A DNA stretch of 64,000 nt from the IMG/VR virus record IMGVR_UViG_3300033144_005510; one strand, 5' to 3'. The translations under genes and the position numbers were made by a program. Positions 48,855 to 58,434 of the stretch are shown piece by piece. Under the pieces are notes generated by a model, which saw only the letters and a program-made list of their open reading frames with translations, was not told the origin of the DNA and did not search any database. This DNA comes from a virus (taxonomy: Duplodnaviria; Heunggongvirae; Uroviricota; Caudoviricetes). Within the stretch, counting starts at the first letter, position 1. Each line of letters starts with the position of its first letter.

Positions 48855-49289
48855 TTATCGAAATTGGTCGTGCTTAAAGACGCCTTTTATTCTTTCTTTT
48901 CCTTTAAGCAACTTTCTATCTCCAATTTGCCAGTCTCTAGCTTCTCTTTCTGGATCAAACCAAGTATGTGTTTCTCTAACTTGGTCAGCTAAGACAATAT
49001 AGGTTTTGACCACCCCCCCGCTTCTTTTTTTGTGCATCTGTATCATATATTTACCATTTGGTAATTTAGATACTGAGGAACAATCTTTTTTTATGCCCCA
49101 GTCAACAACATTAATATAAACGTGGTCGAATTCCCATAGTATAACCTGTTCCATAATCAGGCTTCCGTCTGTTTTACTATAGAAATGATTAAAAGAAATG
49201 ATATCAACTTCTGTTGTAGTAGGAGTCATATCTATGTTGTGATCAGATGCCCAACAGACAGACATAGCTAAAAGTAGTTTACCTAGCAT
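48855..49289 (-). CDS. secreted hypothetical protein (signal peptide), 144 aa
   Basis: N-terminal MLGKLLLAMSVCWASD hydrophobic signal-like segment. Confidence 0.35.
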   Translation of the reverse strand: MLGKLLLAMSVCWASDHNIDMTPTTTEVDIISFNHFYSKTDGSLIMEQVILWEFDHVYINVVDWGIKKDCSSVSKLPNGKYMIQMHKKRSGGVVKTYIVLADQVRETHTWFDPEREARDWQIGDRKLLKGKERIKGVFKHDQFR

Positions 49290-49318
49290 AATCCAGTCCT
49301 ATCTAATCTTGTGTGACC

Positions 49319-50002
49319 TTATTCATCAGGCCACATCCCCCAAGGCAAAGATTCCCCTGAATCCGCATCCAGGGTAAATAAATAGTGAATTAAAGACGAT
49401 CTTGCTATATCAGACGGTTCCGTCCAGTTTGAAGCCCTGTTGTGTACCAAGTCGTAATCACATCTACTAAATGAATATGCTACAGCAGTACTGCAAACAG
49501 GATAGACAATATCTTGAGGTTTGTCGCTGGCAACAGACTGAATGTCCATGAAAATTCTTAAAAATGGCAATTTGTTAGTTGCCATCCACCATATCCTCCT
49601 CCATCCATATGGCAGTCCAGTTAATCGCCTCATTATATTTGTAACACATTTTCCGTCGAATGCAAATCTATTTTCTTTATATTCCCACTTATCTCCGTGT
49701 TTTTCAAAAACAGATTTTTTTATTTCGCTTTTTGGTCTATATACATCAATAATTGCGTTATGTGTTCTAACATACTGCTCAAGGTTTACTGTTCTGCCAC
49801 CCTTACCTTCTCTGAATTCTACACATTCCCACATTTTATCATCACCACGACCATGCGATGATGCTACCCCTACGTGGCTGTATTTGCCTTCTGAGGCTCT
49901 TTTAATAAAAAAGGAGACTATGCCAGTCCCTCTAAACAATAAAATATCTCCTTCCCGAAGATATTCTTTTGCTTCAGAGAATTTAAGGTGGTTGCGTTTC
50001 AT
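49319..50002 (-). CDS. putative NlpC/P60-like or permuted-papain-fold hydrolase
   Basis: GDILLFRGTG ... YSHVGV ... pattern typical of permuted papain-like amidases. Weak. Confidence 0.25.
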   Translation of the reverse strand: MKRNHLKFSEAKEYLREGDILLFRGTGIVSFFIKRASEGKYSHVGVASSHGRGDDKMWECVEFREGKGGRTVNLEQYVRTHNAIIDVYRPKSEIKKSVFEKHGDKWEYKENRFAFDGKCVTNIMRRLTGLPYGWRRIWWMATNKLPFLRIFMDIQSVASDKPQDIVYPVCSTAVAYSFSRCDYDLVHNRASNWTEPSDIARSSLIHYLFTLDADSGESLPWGMWPDE

Positions 50003-50310
50003 CTTGTTTCTATTCTTTCTAACAAATTAGATAAGCTAGTCATTGCTGATTCTAATTTTGCTAATTCTATTCTTAGGTTATTAATTGAGTTATTATTTTC
50101 ATCAATGCTTCTTTGCAGATCTCTAGAATCTTGTTCAAAATTTTCCATGTTCTCTTTGATTAATTCTAGTCGTGTTTCAGTTATTTTACTAGCTTCTTCT
50201 CTAGTAACAAATTCTCTGCCGATCATCATCCAGAATCCCGTCATGGAGATAACGATAGTAATTAAAACAGTTGCAGCTTGGGATGTGAGATTGGATGTCG
50301 CCTTATTCAT
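49999..50310 (-). CDS. small membrane + coiled-coil protein (holin/spanin-like?)
   Basis: N-terminal TM segment TVLITIVISMTGFWMMIG, then a coiled-coil-like tail. Confidence 0.3.
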   Translation of the reverse strand: MNKATSNLTSQAATVLITIVISMTGFWMMIGREFVTREEASKITETRLELIKENMENFEQDSRDLQRSIDENNNSINNLRIELAKLESAMTSLSNLLERIETR

Positions 50311-50340
50311 TTCTTAACATTTCCTTTTAGATAAAAAAAA

Positions 50341-50372
50341 GAAGCCACCGCTTATCGCTAAACGATGGCTTC
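50341..50372 (-). terminator. strong intrinsic terminator after the 270-aa structural gene
   Basis: Minus strand: GAAGCCA-TCGTTTAGCGATAAGCGG-TGGCTTC followed by TTTTTTTT (plus 50333-50340). Confidence 0.6.
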
Positions 50373-50403
50373 ATAAACTACTGTATTAACCTTTGGTTAA
50401 AAA

Positions 50404-51216
50404 TTAACCATTAGTCTTTGCAGGGTAATCAGCCTGAGTAATACCATTAGTACCGTCAGGTTGACCAGCAACACGGTAGACCAATTCACCAGGAATGGCT
50501 CTGGTCGGAGTTGCTGCTTCGTCAGTTCCAGCGTCACTAATATCGTTAGCAACTGTAGGTTCTGTTGTCCAGCTACCAGAGTAAATGTCCCAGTAACCAG
50601 CACGAATTGCTGTTGCAACTCTTTCGGTTCTGATGGCTTCAACTTTGTGGATACTACGCTTATTAACAGGATTAATACCATAAGCATAGAATGTGCCAGA
50701 GATTTCAGCTGGGGTCATCGTGTAACCCTTGATGATCCAAGTTGCGGCAGTCATCGAAGCGAATCGACCGTCAACGAGTTGGTAATCACCAGCTGTACCA
50801 GAAGCAACATAAGGCTGATCTGTTACAATACTGCTACCATCTGGAACGCTCGTAACTTTTTGAACACCGTCAACATTACCACTGGTTGAACCAGTTACAT
50901 TGATTACATCGCCTACGGATAGGGTGTGACCAACGAGTTCAAAATCACAGAAACCGTTTCCGTCATCTGCAACAGAAGTAAGAGTAACCGCAGCTGCTTG
51001 GAATGCACCAAACACGTCTCTGCGTTGGACAACCTGTGCTCCATAGGAAGCCGAACGGCCACCAAGTTGAAGTTGGGCTGTAAGAACAGTGTCGGATGGA
51101 ACAGCTGTTCCGAGTGCGATTGAAGAACCGCCATCAACTACAGTCGAAGTTGCTGTAATTGCGCTCCCGCTTGTTTGCTTTTTGTCATCATCGGGAAATA
51201 GTGTATAATTCGACAT
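50404..51216 (-). CDS. putative abundant virion protein (270 aa)
   Basis: Ser/Thr/Gly/Ala-rich beta-type sequence. Flanked by GGTGTATAAT promoter-like motif upstream and strong terminator downstream, as expected for a highly expressed structural gene. Confidence 0.35.
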   Translation of the reverse strand: MSNYTLFPDDDKKQTSGSAITATSTVVDGGSSIALGTAVPSDTVLTAQLQLGGRSASYGAQVVQRRDVFGAFQAAAVTLTSVADDGNGFCDFELVGHTLSVGDVINVTGSTSGNVDGVQKVTSVPDGSSIVTDQPYVASGTAGDYQLVDGRFASMTAATWIIKGYTMTPAEISGTFYAYGINPVNKRSIHKVEAIRTERVATAIRAGYWDIYSGSWTTEPTVANDISDAGTDEAATPTRAIPGELVYRVAGQPDGTNGITQADYPAKTNG

Positions 51217-51292
51217 TTTGCTACCTTATCCAAATAGTAGCCTACATATATCCTGTTTGTCCTTCGTTTAAGATCCTTATTTCGTAGTTATA

Positions 51293-51967
51293 TTATACAC
51301 CAACAAGACAGTTTTCCAGTGCTTTGATTTTATGAAATCTTGCACCGAAAAGGCCAGTATCTCTAGTAGCTTTTAAATGGTTAGGCAGAAATAAGCTGGC
51401 ATTTGCTATTGCGTTTACATCAAAATCGTTTTGCGCCATGTTACAAAGTATTAAGTTGTCATGAATGTCGTCAATGTATTGTCCAGTGGCGCAAAATATA
51501 AACTCGACGCCCGTACACTTTACCAACTCCACCATTTGTCGAAACTGTTTTCCGTCCTCCAATTTTCTATGATCAACCATAACTCTAAGTGTAACATTTT
51601 TATCATCTGCTAAACTCTTAATTGAGTTGATGTCTTGCATAAAATCGACTTCGCGCCCATTTCTAAACAGCACACAATTTGCTACTAAATCTAAAGCATT
51701 GGCTCCTTTATGAATTGCTTTAGTGGCGGCGTGAATTCTAAGACTGTTAGACGATCTTCCTTCGGGCCAATCTATTGGACATGATAAAATCATGCCTTCG
51801 GGTATTAAGTCTGCAATAGCTGTTATATGTGCTGCTGGAACAGAAATTCCATGAACACCTAAATCTATTGCTTTAAATACATTAGACTTTATATTTTCAG
51901 TAAGCACCTCATCGTAACAGGCGTATTCTAAGATTGTTGTGCTATTCTTCTTGTTCTGTGTATCCAT
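51293..51967 (-). CDS. hypothetical protein, 224 aa
   Basis: ORF only. Confidence 0.3.
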   Translation of the reverse strand: MDTQNKKNSTTILEYACYDEVLTENIKSNVFKAIDLGVHGISVPAAHITAIADLIPEGMILSCPIDWPEGRSSNSLRIHAATKAIHKGANALDLVANCVLFRNGREVDFMQDINSIKSLADDKNVTLRVMVDHRKLEDGKQFRQMVELVKCTGVEFIFCATGQYIDDIHDNLILCNMAQNDFDVNAIANASLFLPNHLKATRDTGLFGARFHKIKALENCLVGV

Positions 51968-52568
51968 TATTTACCGAAACGTCAAATCCCCAGTGAGCTA
52001 ATACTTTACATTGAGTAAAATCTGTTAATGTACAGCGAACAGTTTTTATACCAAATCTTCTCAATTGTTCTCGCAAAACCTTGGTCAATTCTTTGTCTAA
52101 AGCATCGCTATTTTCTAATAAGTATTGTTTATCGTGTTGTACTATAACTGATTTAATACATGATAGAGCAATATCTCTAATAGTATCCTCATAGTCAAAA
52201 CATTCTGTTAGGAGCTTTTCTACATCTGCAACCTCGTACACAAAGATGCCAGATGCTCCTACAGTCTTATTATCCGCTGTACATAGATATTGTGCAACAA
52301 GATTCGTAGTTTGTCTTTTAATTGGCACTAATTCATATTGCGTAGTCAAAGGCCAATAAAAGTGGATACCACAATTGCGAAAACGAATTGGAAACCATTT
52401 TTTAACCATATAAGGCCACAGGATTCCGTTGTCGTGACGTATTACTTTTACCTGATCTCCAGCCGCAAATTTCACGCCTTCATGAGTTGTCCTACAAATT
52501 ATTGGAGTTGGCAGTAGACTAAATAAGAAGTCAAATATTTGCCCTATCCAAGATAATGCAGCTTCCAT
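51942..52568 (-). CDS. hypothetical protein, 208 aa
   Basis: ORF only. Confidence 0.3.
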   Translation of the reverse strand: MEAALSWIGQIFDFLFSLLPTPIICRTTHEGVKFAAGDQVKVIRHDNGILWPYMVKKWFPIRFRNCGIHFYWPLTTQYELVPIKRQTTNLVAQYLCTADNKTVGASGIFVYEVADVEKLLTECFDYEDTIRDIALSCIKSVIVQHDKQYLLENSDALDKELTKVLREQLRRFGIKTVRCTLTDFTQCKVLAHWGFDVSVNNGYTEQEE

Positions 52569-52577
52569 AATTTTTCT

Positions 52578-53102
52578 CTACGGGACGATTGGTTTTGCTT
52601 GTAAATTCCTCATTACATCATTTTTAACGGTAGAACTATCAAAGACTTTCCCGATAGCAATTCTCCATCTATATGGAGTAAAAAGATCAACGCTTTCAAT
52701 TCCATCTGTTTGGTCCACAATATTTAGAATATTTTGAGTCATTCTAAAATTTGTATGGGCAGTCCAGAAGTTAAAAACTTGTCCAGCAGCTGTATGTTCT
52801 GTAATAGGAATAATTCCCATCGGCGTTGCCATAATTCCCATTTTAACCTGCTTAATATCAATAGGAGATTCTTCTAATTCGTCTTCAATCTCATCATTCC
52901 AGACTTCTTCTTCTTCCATAATCTCTTCTATATCTTTAGGCAATTGTCCGTTTACAGCTTTTCTAATGAGTTCGTCTGTTTCAAATGTTCCAAATGCTCC
53001 AGGCCATTCCGTGTCCATTATGTCTGATCCATACGGATCTCTCCATTTTTCCCAACCGATTTGTCGAGTAAAAACGTTATTTTGATCTTCTTTTTGGTGC
53101 AT
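52578..53102 (-). CDS. hypothetical protein, 174 aa
   Basis: ORF only. Confidence 0.3.
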   Translation of the reverse strand: MHQKEDQNNVFTRQIGWEKWRDPYGSDIMDTEWPGAFGTFETDELIRKAVNGQLPKDIEEIMEEEEVWNDEIEDELEESPIDIKQVKMGIMATPMGIIPITEHTAAGQVFNFWTAHTNFRMTQNILNIVDQTDGIESVDLFTPYRWRIAIGKVFDSSTVKNDVMRNLQAKPIVP

Positions 53103-53114
53103 GGTTTTATACCT

Positions 53115-53591
53115 TTATTGACTTTTATAACCGTGTTGAAATACTCCTCCTGGTTGTTTTCCCATTCCGAATACTTGAGACGGTTTAATCAAAGGGTCTT
53201 GGTCTTTATTAAATCTCCAAGATTCAAAACATTTGATAATAAAGTCTTCTTTGTGAGGGTAATCTTTAGCTACTCCAATTAAAATATCTTTAGCTGTTTC
53301 CTTATATTCACCTTCATTAATAGCAAATAATAACTGTCCTATAGATACTGCTGTAATATCGTCGTCTGTATTCCATTTAATATTTAAGGATATTTCATTA
53401 TTATTGTCTACTGCAAACTCTACAATACATCGCAGATTTTCTTCAATGCCTTGAGGTTTAATAGTTTTCATTAAGCTTGATTCATATTTTTTCTCAATAT
53501 AAGCTACTTGTTCTTCAAATTCATTAATTATTTCTTCTTTTGTTTGTTTTTTATGACCTAAGATTTTGTCGACCCAATTCATGTTAATCAA
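53115..53591 (-). CDS. hypothetical protein, 158 aa
   Basis: ORF only. Confidence 0.3.
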   Translation of the reverse strand: MINMNWVDKILGHKKQTKEEIINEFEEQVAYIEKKYESSLMKTIKPQGIEENLRCIVEFAVDNNNEISLNIKWNTDDDITAVSIGQLLFAINEGEYKETAKDILIGVAKDYPHKEDFIIKCFESWRFNKDQDPLIKPSQVFGMGKQPGGVFQHGYKSQ

Positions 53592-53958
53592 TGCCTCTTA
53601 TACTTTTCATTAGATTTGAAAAATTTTTAAACTGTATTCCTGGTTCATTTACTGATAACCACTTATGTTCTTCGGGAATGTTTGAGTCATTAGGAATAAC
53701 GCAAGAATATGTAATTTCTAAATCTTTGGTTTCTTCGTTTCGGATTGCGGAAACAATATTTAAATCAATCCAATCAGTACTAATTGTGCATATACCTGAG
53801 AAGATCTTTTTTGCTACAAATTCAGGATCTTCATCGTCTGACAGTTCTAGTTCATACGGTAGAAATACGCTATTTTTTAAATTTTCTTGATTAGTTAAAA
53901 CATTGTATTCCGTTGTTTGCCAATCTAAACCAATAATAATTAAATGTATTTTAGTCAT
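53584..53958 (-). CDS. hypothetical protein, 124 aa
   Basis: ORF only. Confidence 0.3.
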   Translation of the reverse strand: MTKIHLIIIGLDWQTTEYNVLTNQENLKNSVFLPYELELSDDEDPEFVAKKIFSGICTISTDWIDLNIVSAIRNEETKDLEITYSCVIPNDSNIPEEHKWLSVNEPGIQFKNFSNLMKSIRGID

Positions 53959-54613
53959 TACTTATTATACTCCGAAAAAAGTCGTCATTCACACCGCTTT
54001 TTCTAATATTTGAAAGGGATCTATCTATCAGAGTGTATATTCCTTGTCTGCTTACGCCATTTTTCTTTGCGATAGAGGCGATTGATTGCCCTTCAAAAAA
54101 GTGCATTTGTATGTATTTTTTAGCATTTTTTGGAATATTAGCTTCTTTTATTAAATTTTTCAGTTTTTCAATTTTTTCTTTCTGAAACATAGTATCTTCA
54201 ACAGTCGGCGATTTGTCAACAAGACGATCTAGAAAAGAAGTTGTTGATTGAGATTTGTCTGAATTTATAAGACGATTTAGTGATAATGTATTTCTTTTAT
54301 TATTTTTACAACTTCTTGTTAAATAACACCTGATAGCAAATAGGATTCTTTCTTTTCTAAATCCGTGTAAATTGCCTTTGCCGTTAAATGCCCAGTCGGC
54401 CATCATTGCAGCATGAGCGATATTAGAGACGGCATCTTCATTTCCTAGCATTTCTTTAGCAAGGTTTGGTCTAAACTTATTAGCATGGCGTGAAATACAT
54501 TTTTTAGCAATGGTGATGTATTCATCTAGTGAAGCAAATTCTTTGTTTGGTTTTTGAGGAAGCTTTATTTTTTTATCATGAATTCCAATAATATCAATAT
54601 TATTTTTTGCCAT
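53951..54613 (-). CDS. sigma-factor-like protein (region-4 HTH), 220 aa
   Basis: C-terminal MHFFEGQSIASIAKKNGVSRQGIYTLIDRSLSNIRK resembles sigma-70 region 4. Confidence 0.45.
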   Translation of the reverse strand: MAKNNIDIIGIHDKKIKLPQKPNKEFASLDEYITIAKKCISRHANKFRPNLAKEMLGNEDAVSNIAHAAMMADWAFNGKGNLHGFRKERILFAIRCYLTRSCKNNKRNTLSLNRLINSDKSQSTTSFLDRLVDKSPTVEDTMFQKEKIEKLKNLIKEANIPKNAKKYIQMHFFEGQSIASIAKKNGVSRQGIYTLIDRSLSNIRKSGVNDDFFRSIISND

Positions 54614-54641
54614 TCAATTCTCCTTGGGTTTTAAAGCGGGT

Positions 54642-54714
54642 AAAAAAATGACGGTTTTGTCTCCTCCTCCATCTCGGTTGAGAACCGTCCCAAACTCACC
54701 TTTGTTAATGGAAG
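54642..54714 (-). repeat. conserved structured leader element, copy C
   Basis: Minus: CTTCCATTAACAAAGGTGAGTTTGGGACGGTTCTCAACCGAGATGGAGGAGGAGACAAAACCGTCATTTTTTT, 28 nt before the ATG at 54613. Confidence 0.7.
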
Positions 54715-54755
54715 TTTTATCGACATTTGTGAATGTCTTCTTTAATCGAAACTCG

Positions 54756-54783
54756 ATTGTATCATTATTTTCAGAAATTGCAA
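54756..54783 (-). promoter_or_regulatory. sigma-70-like promoter TTGCAA-16-TACAAT reading into element C
   Basis: Minus-strand hexamers at plus 54778-54783 and 54756-54761. Confidence 0.35.
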
Positions 54784-55256
54784 TTGCCAAAAACCGCACA
54801 CCAGTAAATTCTTCCGTTTTTAGCTTTGGCAGCTCCAAATCCAACTGTATTATATCCGCCTAGAATATTAGCTCTATGTCCACTGGAATTCATCCAGTCT
54901 CTTGTGACTTCGTTATAACCAGATTGGCCGAATGCGATGTTCTCTCCGATTCCGTTAAAACCAGATCCAACTCGTCGAGACGGGCTTGATCCATTTTTTC
55001 CTGTGTGGCTTAAATTACTATTATTAGCCATCCAATCAGCGTGTTTTTGTGCCGCTGCGGTCAGCCTTTTGTCTAGAATAAAAGGACGACGACCGTTTCG
55101 TTGGCGTTCGCGGTTGTGCGTGTTAAGTAAATTATTATTTAGTTTTCCAATAAGTCTCGATCTTTTTTGTTGGGAGGTTTCCTCGCCCCATACAGAAGGA
55201 GACATTAGTTGGCACCCAATAACAAAAACACCCAATGTTAAAAGTAAACTCTTCAT
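54771..55256 (-). CDS. secreted CAP/SCP/PR-1 (YkwD-like) domain protein
   Basis: Signal peptide, GENIAFG, SSGHRANIL, YWCAVFG CAP motifs. GGAGG RBS. Confidence 0.7.
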   Translation of the reverse strand: MKSLLLTLGVFVIGCQLMSPSVWGEETSQQKRSRLIGKLNNNLLNTHNRERQRNGRRPFILDKRLTAAAQKHADWMANNSNLSHTGKNGSSPSRRVGSGFNGIGENIAFGQSGYNEVTRDWMNSSGHRANILGGYNTVGFGAAKAKNGRIYWCAVFGNCNF

Positions 55257-55306
55257 CTCTTCAGAACCTCCATGTAAAACATGTAAAAAAAGTAAATAAC
55301 TAGGTG

Positions 55307-55378
55307 AAAAAATGACGGTTTTGTGCGTGCCTCCATCTCGGTTGAGAACCGTCTCAAACTCACCTTTGTTAATGGAGG
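55307..55378 (-). repeat. conserved structured leader element, copy D
   Basis: Minus: CCTCCATTAACAAAGGTGAGTTTGAGACGGTTCTCAACCGAGATGGAGGCACGCACAAAACCGTCATTTTTT, ~50 nt before the CAP gene start. Confidence 0.7.
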
Positions 55379-55382
55379 TTTT

Positions 55383-56534
55383 CTAGCTGTTTTTAATTAG
55401 GATTTCTTCCATCTTTTTATAAGTATTATCTAATGTGTATGTTTTAGAAGTTTTAACACCTTCTTCATTTAGAATATATCCATTCTCCTGTTTTTTCTGG
55501 TGGACTTTTTTCATGAGTTCGGCAGCCTGTTCAATTTGATTAAGGCCAATGTCTGCCCAATTGCCTGGAGTCAATAGATTATTAAACCATTTACCGTCAT
55601 ATGCAGTTTCAAGGTTTTCTATATCTATTAAATGAGAATTTGATTCATTACAAAATTCTGTATGCCCAGAATAATTTGTTACAATAACATCTTTTCCTAA
55701 TCCCATTAATTCAAGAACTCCAAGATTCCACGCCTCCCCTCTACTTGGGAATATTCCGCAATCACATTGGTTTAATATTTTAATATGGTCTTCATGAGTG
55801 GTTTCCCATGGGAAAATCTTAATCTTCCCAGCCTTGCCCATTGGACTATCCAAATACATGGATTCCCAGCTTTTGGTTTCCCATACGCCTTCAACATAAG
55901 GATTATGGCCAGTCATCCATAGTTCTACATTATCGTCCACATTGAACGCTTTGTTAAATATTTTATATAAAACATCATGGCCTTTACGCACTTCCCATTT
56001 TCCAGAATTCAAAAAGATTGTGGGTTTTTTTCTTTCTTCTTCTAGATTTAAAAATTTTGGATTAAAAACATGAGAATTTAAATAATTAGAATCTACACCA
56101 AGAGGAACTATATTAATATTAGTGGTGATGCCGTTGTTTTCACAAACGCCCTTTGCCCATTCACATGTGACGCAAAGTTCATCAACATAATTCATAGAAT
56201 GTTTTTCATAAGGGTATAAATGATCTACTTCAAAAAATGTATAAGCAACATTTCTGCCTTTTCCAATACTATTATGTAAGTCCCATTGGTGCCAAATTGT
56301 TAAATTAACAGCATCATAATGGAACATCATTTCTCTTCTAGCTTTTTGTATCAATTCATTTTGAATATCGCCTTCCATTTGAAGGCTGAAAGCACTGCTA
56401 CCTCTTTTGGGAACGTCTAAAAATACATCCCAATCATTAGCCATCAATCGCTTTAATATTTGATAACCTGTCCAACCATACCCACTTGTATTTGGCAGAC
56501 AGAAAAGGTTTACTTTTTTAGTATCGGCTTCCAT
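55383..56534 (-). CDS. glycosyltransferase, GT4-like
   Basis: FPSRGEAWNLGVLELMGLGKDVI is an E-x7-E motif. Confidence 0.55.
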   Translation of the reverse strand: MEADTKKVNLFCLPNTSGYGWTGYQILKRLMANDWDVFLDVPKRGSSAFSLQMEGDIQNELIQKARREMMFHYDAVNLTIWHQWDLHNSIGKGRNVAYTFFEVDHLYPYEKHSMNYVDELCVTCEWAKGVCENNGITTNINIVPLGVDSNYLNSHVFNPKFLNLEEERKKPTIFLNSGKWEVRKGHDVLYKIFNKAFNVDDNVELWMTGHNPYVEGVWETKSWESMYLDSPMGKAGKIKIFPWETTHEDHIKILNQCDCGIFPSRGEAWNLGVLELMGLGKDVIVTNYSGHTEFCNESNSHLIDIENLETAYDGKWFNNLLTPGNWADIGLNQIEQAAELMKKVHQKKQENGYILNEEGVKTSKTYTLDNTYKKMEEILIKNS

Positions 56535-56538
56535 GTTT

Positions 56539-57669
56539 TTATCCTTTAATAGAATTTCTAGATTCTTCTGGGCTTACCCTGTTTTCATAAAATGTATTAT
56601 GTGTTCTATTAACCATTATAAATGTCGTACATTTGTTCATATGCTTTATTTTCTTTGCTCCGATATAAGTACAACAGGAGCGAATACCACCTTCTAACTG
56701 TTGACAAATATATTCAACTGGCCCTTTGTAGTCAACATAAACCGCTTTTCCTTCGCTTGGTCGATAGGTAGATTTTCCACTATATTTATCTTGTGCGGTA
56801 TAAGATGACATCCCATAATATTTTAACCTAGATTTCTCAAAATTGCCTTCTTTATATTCCCATTCTCCTTCACAAGGTTCTGTTCCTGACAACATACTAC
56901 CAAGCATAACAAAATCAGCACCAGCACCGAAAGCCTTACAGACATCGCCGCTATATTTACATCCTCCGTCCGCACAAATGTAACCCTTTTGAGAGCCATG
57001 GGCAGCATCAGCACACTCAATCGTAGCGGAGAGCTGGGGATAACCAACCCCCGTTACGATTCTAGTAGTGCATACGCTTCCAGGTCCAATACCAACCTTG
57101 ACAATATCGGCTTTACCTTGGCGAATTAATCTTTCGACCTGTTCTCCAGTAGCCACATTCCCAGCCATAATAATGGAATCTGGAGAAATAGATCGAATTT
57201 CGGCAACTTTGTCCACAAAGTGATCTGTGTACCCATTTGCCACATCTACACATAAGTTAGGGCAAAAACCAGCATGACTAATAAAAACCCTAAGCTTATT
57301 CAGATCATGATCACTAATACCAATAGATATCCATACGTGGCTTATCTTCTCTTTTACGATTTCAGCTTTTTTGCAAGGGTCTAAATCACCAAAAATTTCA
57401 TCATAATAATCGACCAATTCATTAATGCCGTAATGTTTATGAAGACATGTAATCCAGCCTCTTTTTGTTAACTCATTAGCCATCGCAAACGAACCAGTGG
57501 TATCCATATTTGCAGCAATAATGGGCACACACCTTAAGGTTCTGGGCGAATGTGGAAATTCTTTGAACTTCCTAGAGATATCTACATCTGCCCTACTAGC
57601 AGCCTCAGAGCTTTTTGGCCTGATTAGAACATCGTCAAAGTCTAGTTTTCTTGATCCTAAGATTTTCAC
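56539..57669 (-). CDS. guaC: GMP reductase
   Basis: Near-colinear with E. coli GuaC: KLDFDDVLIRPK, VPIIAANMDT, CVDVANGY, ADIVKVGIGPGSVCTTR, GVGYPQLSA, ECADAAHG, GADFVMLG. Confidence 0.85.
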   Translation of the reverse strand: MKILGSRKLDFDDVLIRPKSSEAASRADVDISRKFKEFPHSPRTLRCVPIIAANMDTTGSFAMANELTKRGWITCLHKHYGINELVDYYDEIFGDLDPCKKAEIVKEKISHVWISIGISDHDLNKLRVFISHAGFCPNLCVDVANGYTDHFVDKVAEIRSISPDSIIMAGNVATGEQVERLIRQGKADIVKVGIGPGSVCTTRIVTGVGYPQLSATIECADAAHGSQKGYICADGGCKYSGDVCKAFGAGADFVMLGSMLSGTEPCEGEWEYKEGNFEKSRLKYYGMSSYTAQDKYSGKSTYRPSEGKAVYVDYKGPVEYICQQLEGGIRSCCTYIGAKKIKHMNKCTTFIMVNRTHNTFYENRVSPEESRNSIKG

Positions 57670-57672
57670 AGA

Positions 57673-58311
57673 CTACCTCCCAGAACTACCAAAACCTTTA
57701 TCATCTCGATCAGTTGACGGTAAATCATCCACCTGCGTAATTGTTGCAGGAATAATAGGGGTTAAAACAGCTTGAGCAATTCTATCTCCAGATCGGAATC
57801 TGTACACATGGGGTCCATGGTTAATCAGATGGATCTTCCATTCTCCCCTATAAGTTCCTTCGATAACTCCAGCAGTATGAGAAATTCCCATAACTCCAAT
57901 GCCAGATCTGTCTCTAATCAAGAATCCGTATCGGTCTGGGGTAGCAACCTGAATGCCAGTGCTAAATGTATACTGATCTCCAGGTTCTAAATCAAAATAT
58001 GTTCCTTCTTCATCAGAATGCCATTTATCATCTGACACACAAGTTACATCCCAGGCGATATCGGAATTTCTCTTTTTACTGAGGTTTCCATCTTCATGAA
58101 CCTTTTTAACAAGAATTGGAACAGGGTTTTGATCCAAATCTTCAAAAAAACGGTTTTCATGCAATCTCCATGTGCTTTTAATACAAAATTCCTCAGTACT
58201 ACTAGACATCATTTCTTTATCTTCCTTGTTACATTTAGGACATAGATTATTTGTAGATTCAAATTCATCGGTGGGTTTACCACATTTATTACAATTCCAC
58301 CATAAAACCAT
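57673..58311 (-). CDS. dut: dUTPase (trimeric family) with N-terminal zinc-ribbon extension
   Basis: Motifs RDRSG, GVIEGTYRGE, RIAQAV, GFGSSGR. N-terminal CNKCGK...CPKC. Confidence 0.7.
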   Translation of the reverse strand: MVLWWNCNKCGKPTDEFESTNNLCPKCNKEDKEMMSSSTEEFCIKSTWRLHENRFFEDLDQNPVPILVKKVHEDGNLSKKRNSDIAWDVTCVSDDKWHSDEEGTYFDLEPGDQYTFSTGIQVATPDRYGFLIRDRSGIGVMGISHTAGVIEGTYRGEWKIHLINHGPHVYRFRSGDRIAQAVLTPIIPATITQVDDLPSTDRDDKGFGSSGR

Positions 58312-58434
58312 TTTTACTTTTCTTAGTGACTAAGAACTCCTTTAAGTAGAAACACAAGTATAACTCTAATAATAATAGAAGTCAAGACTAAAAAAATCAT
58401 TTGGTTGAGAAAGGTACGCATTATTCAAAATCCA

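Noticed and set aside
54614-54844. 76-aa minus-strand ORF between the sigma-like and CAP genes.
   Set aside because: It is made almost entirely of the conserved leader element copy C plus the 3' end of the CAP gene. The element is non-coding in its other copies.
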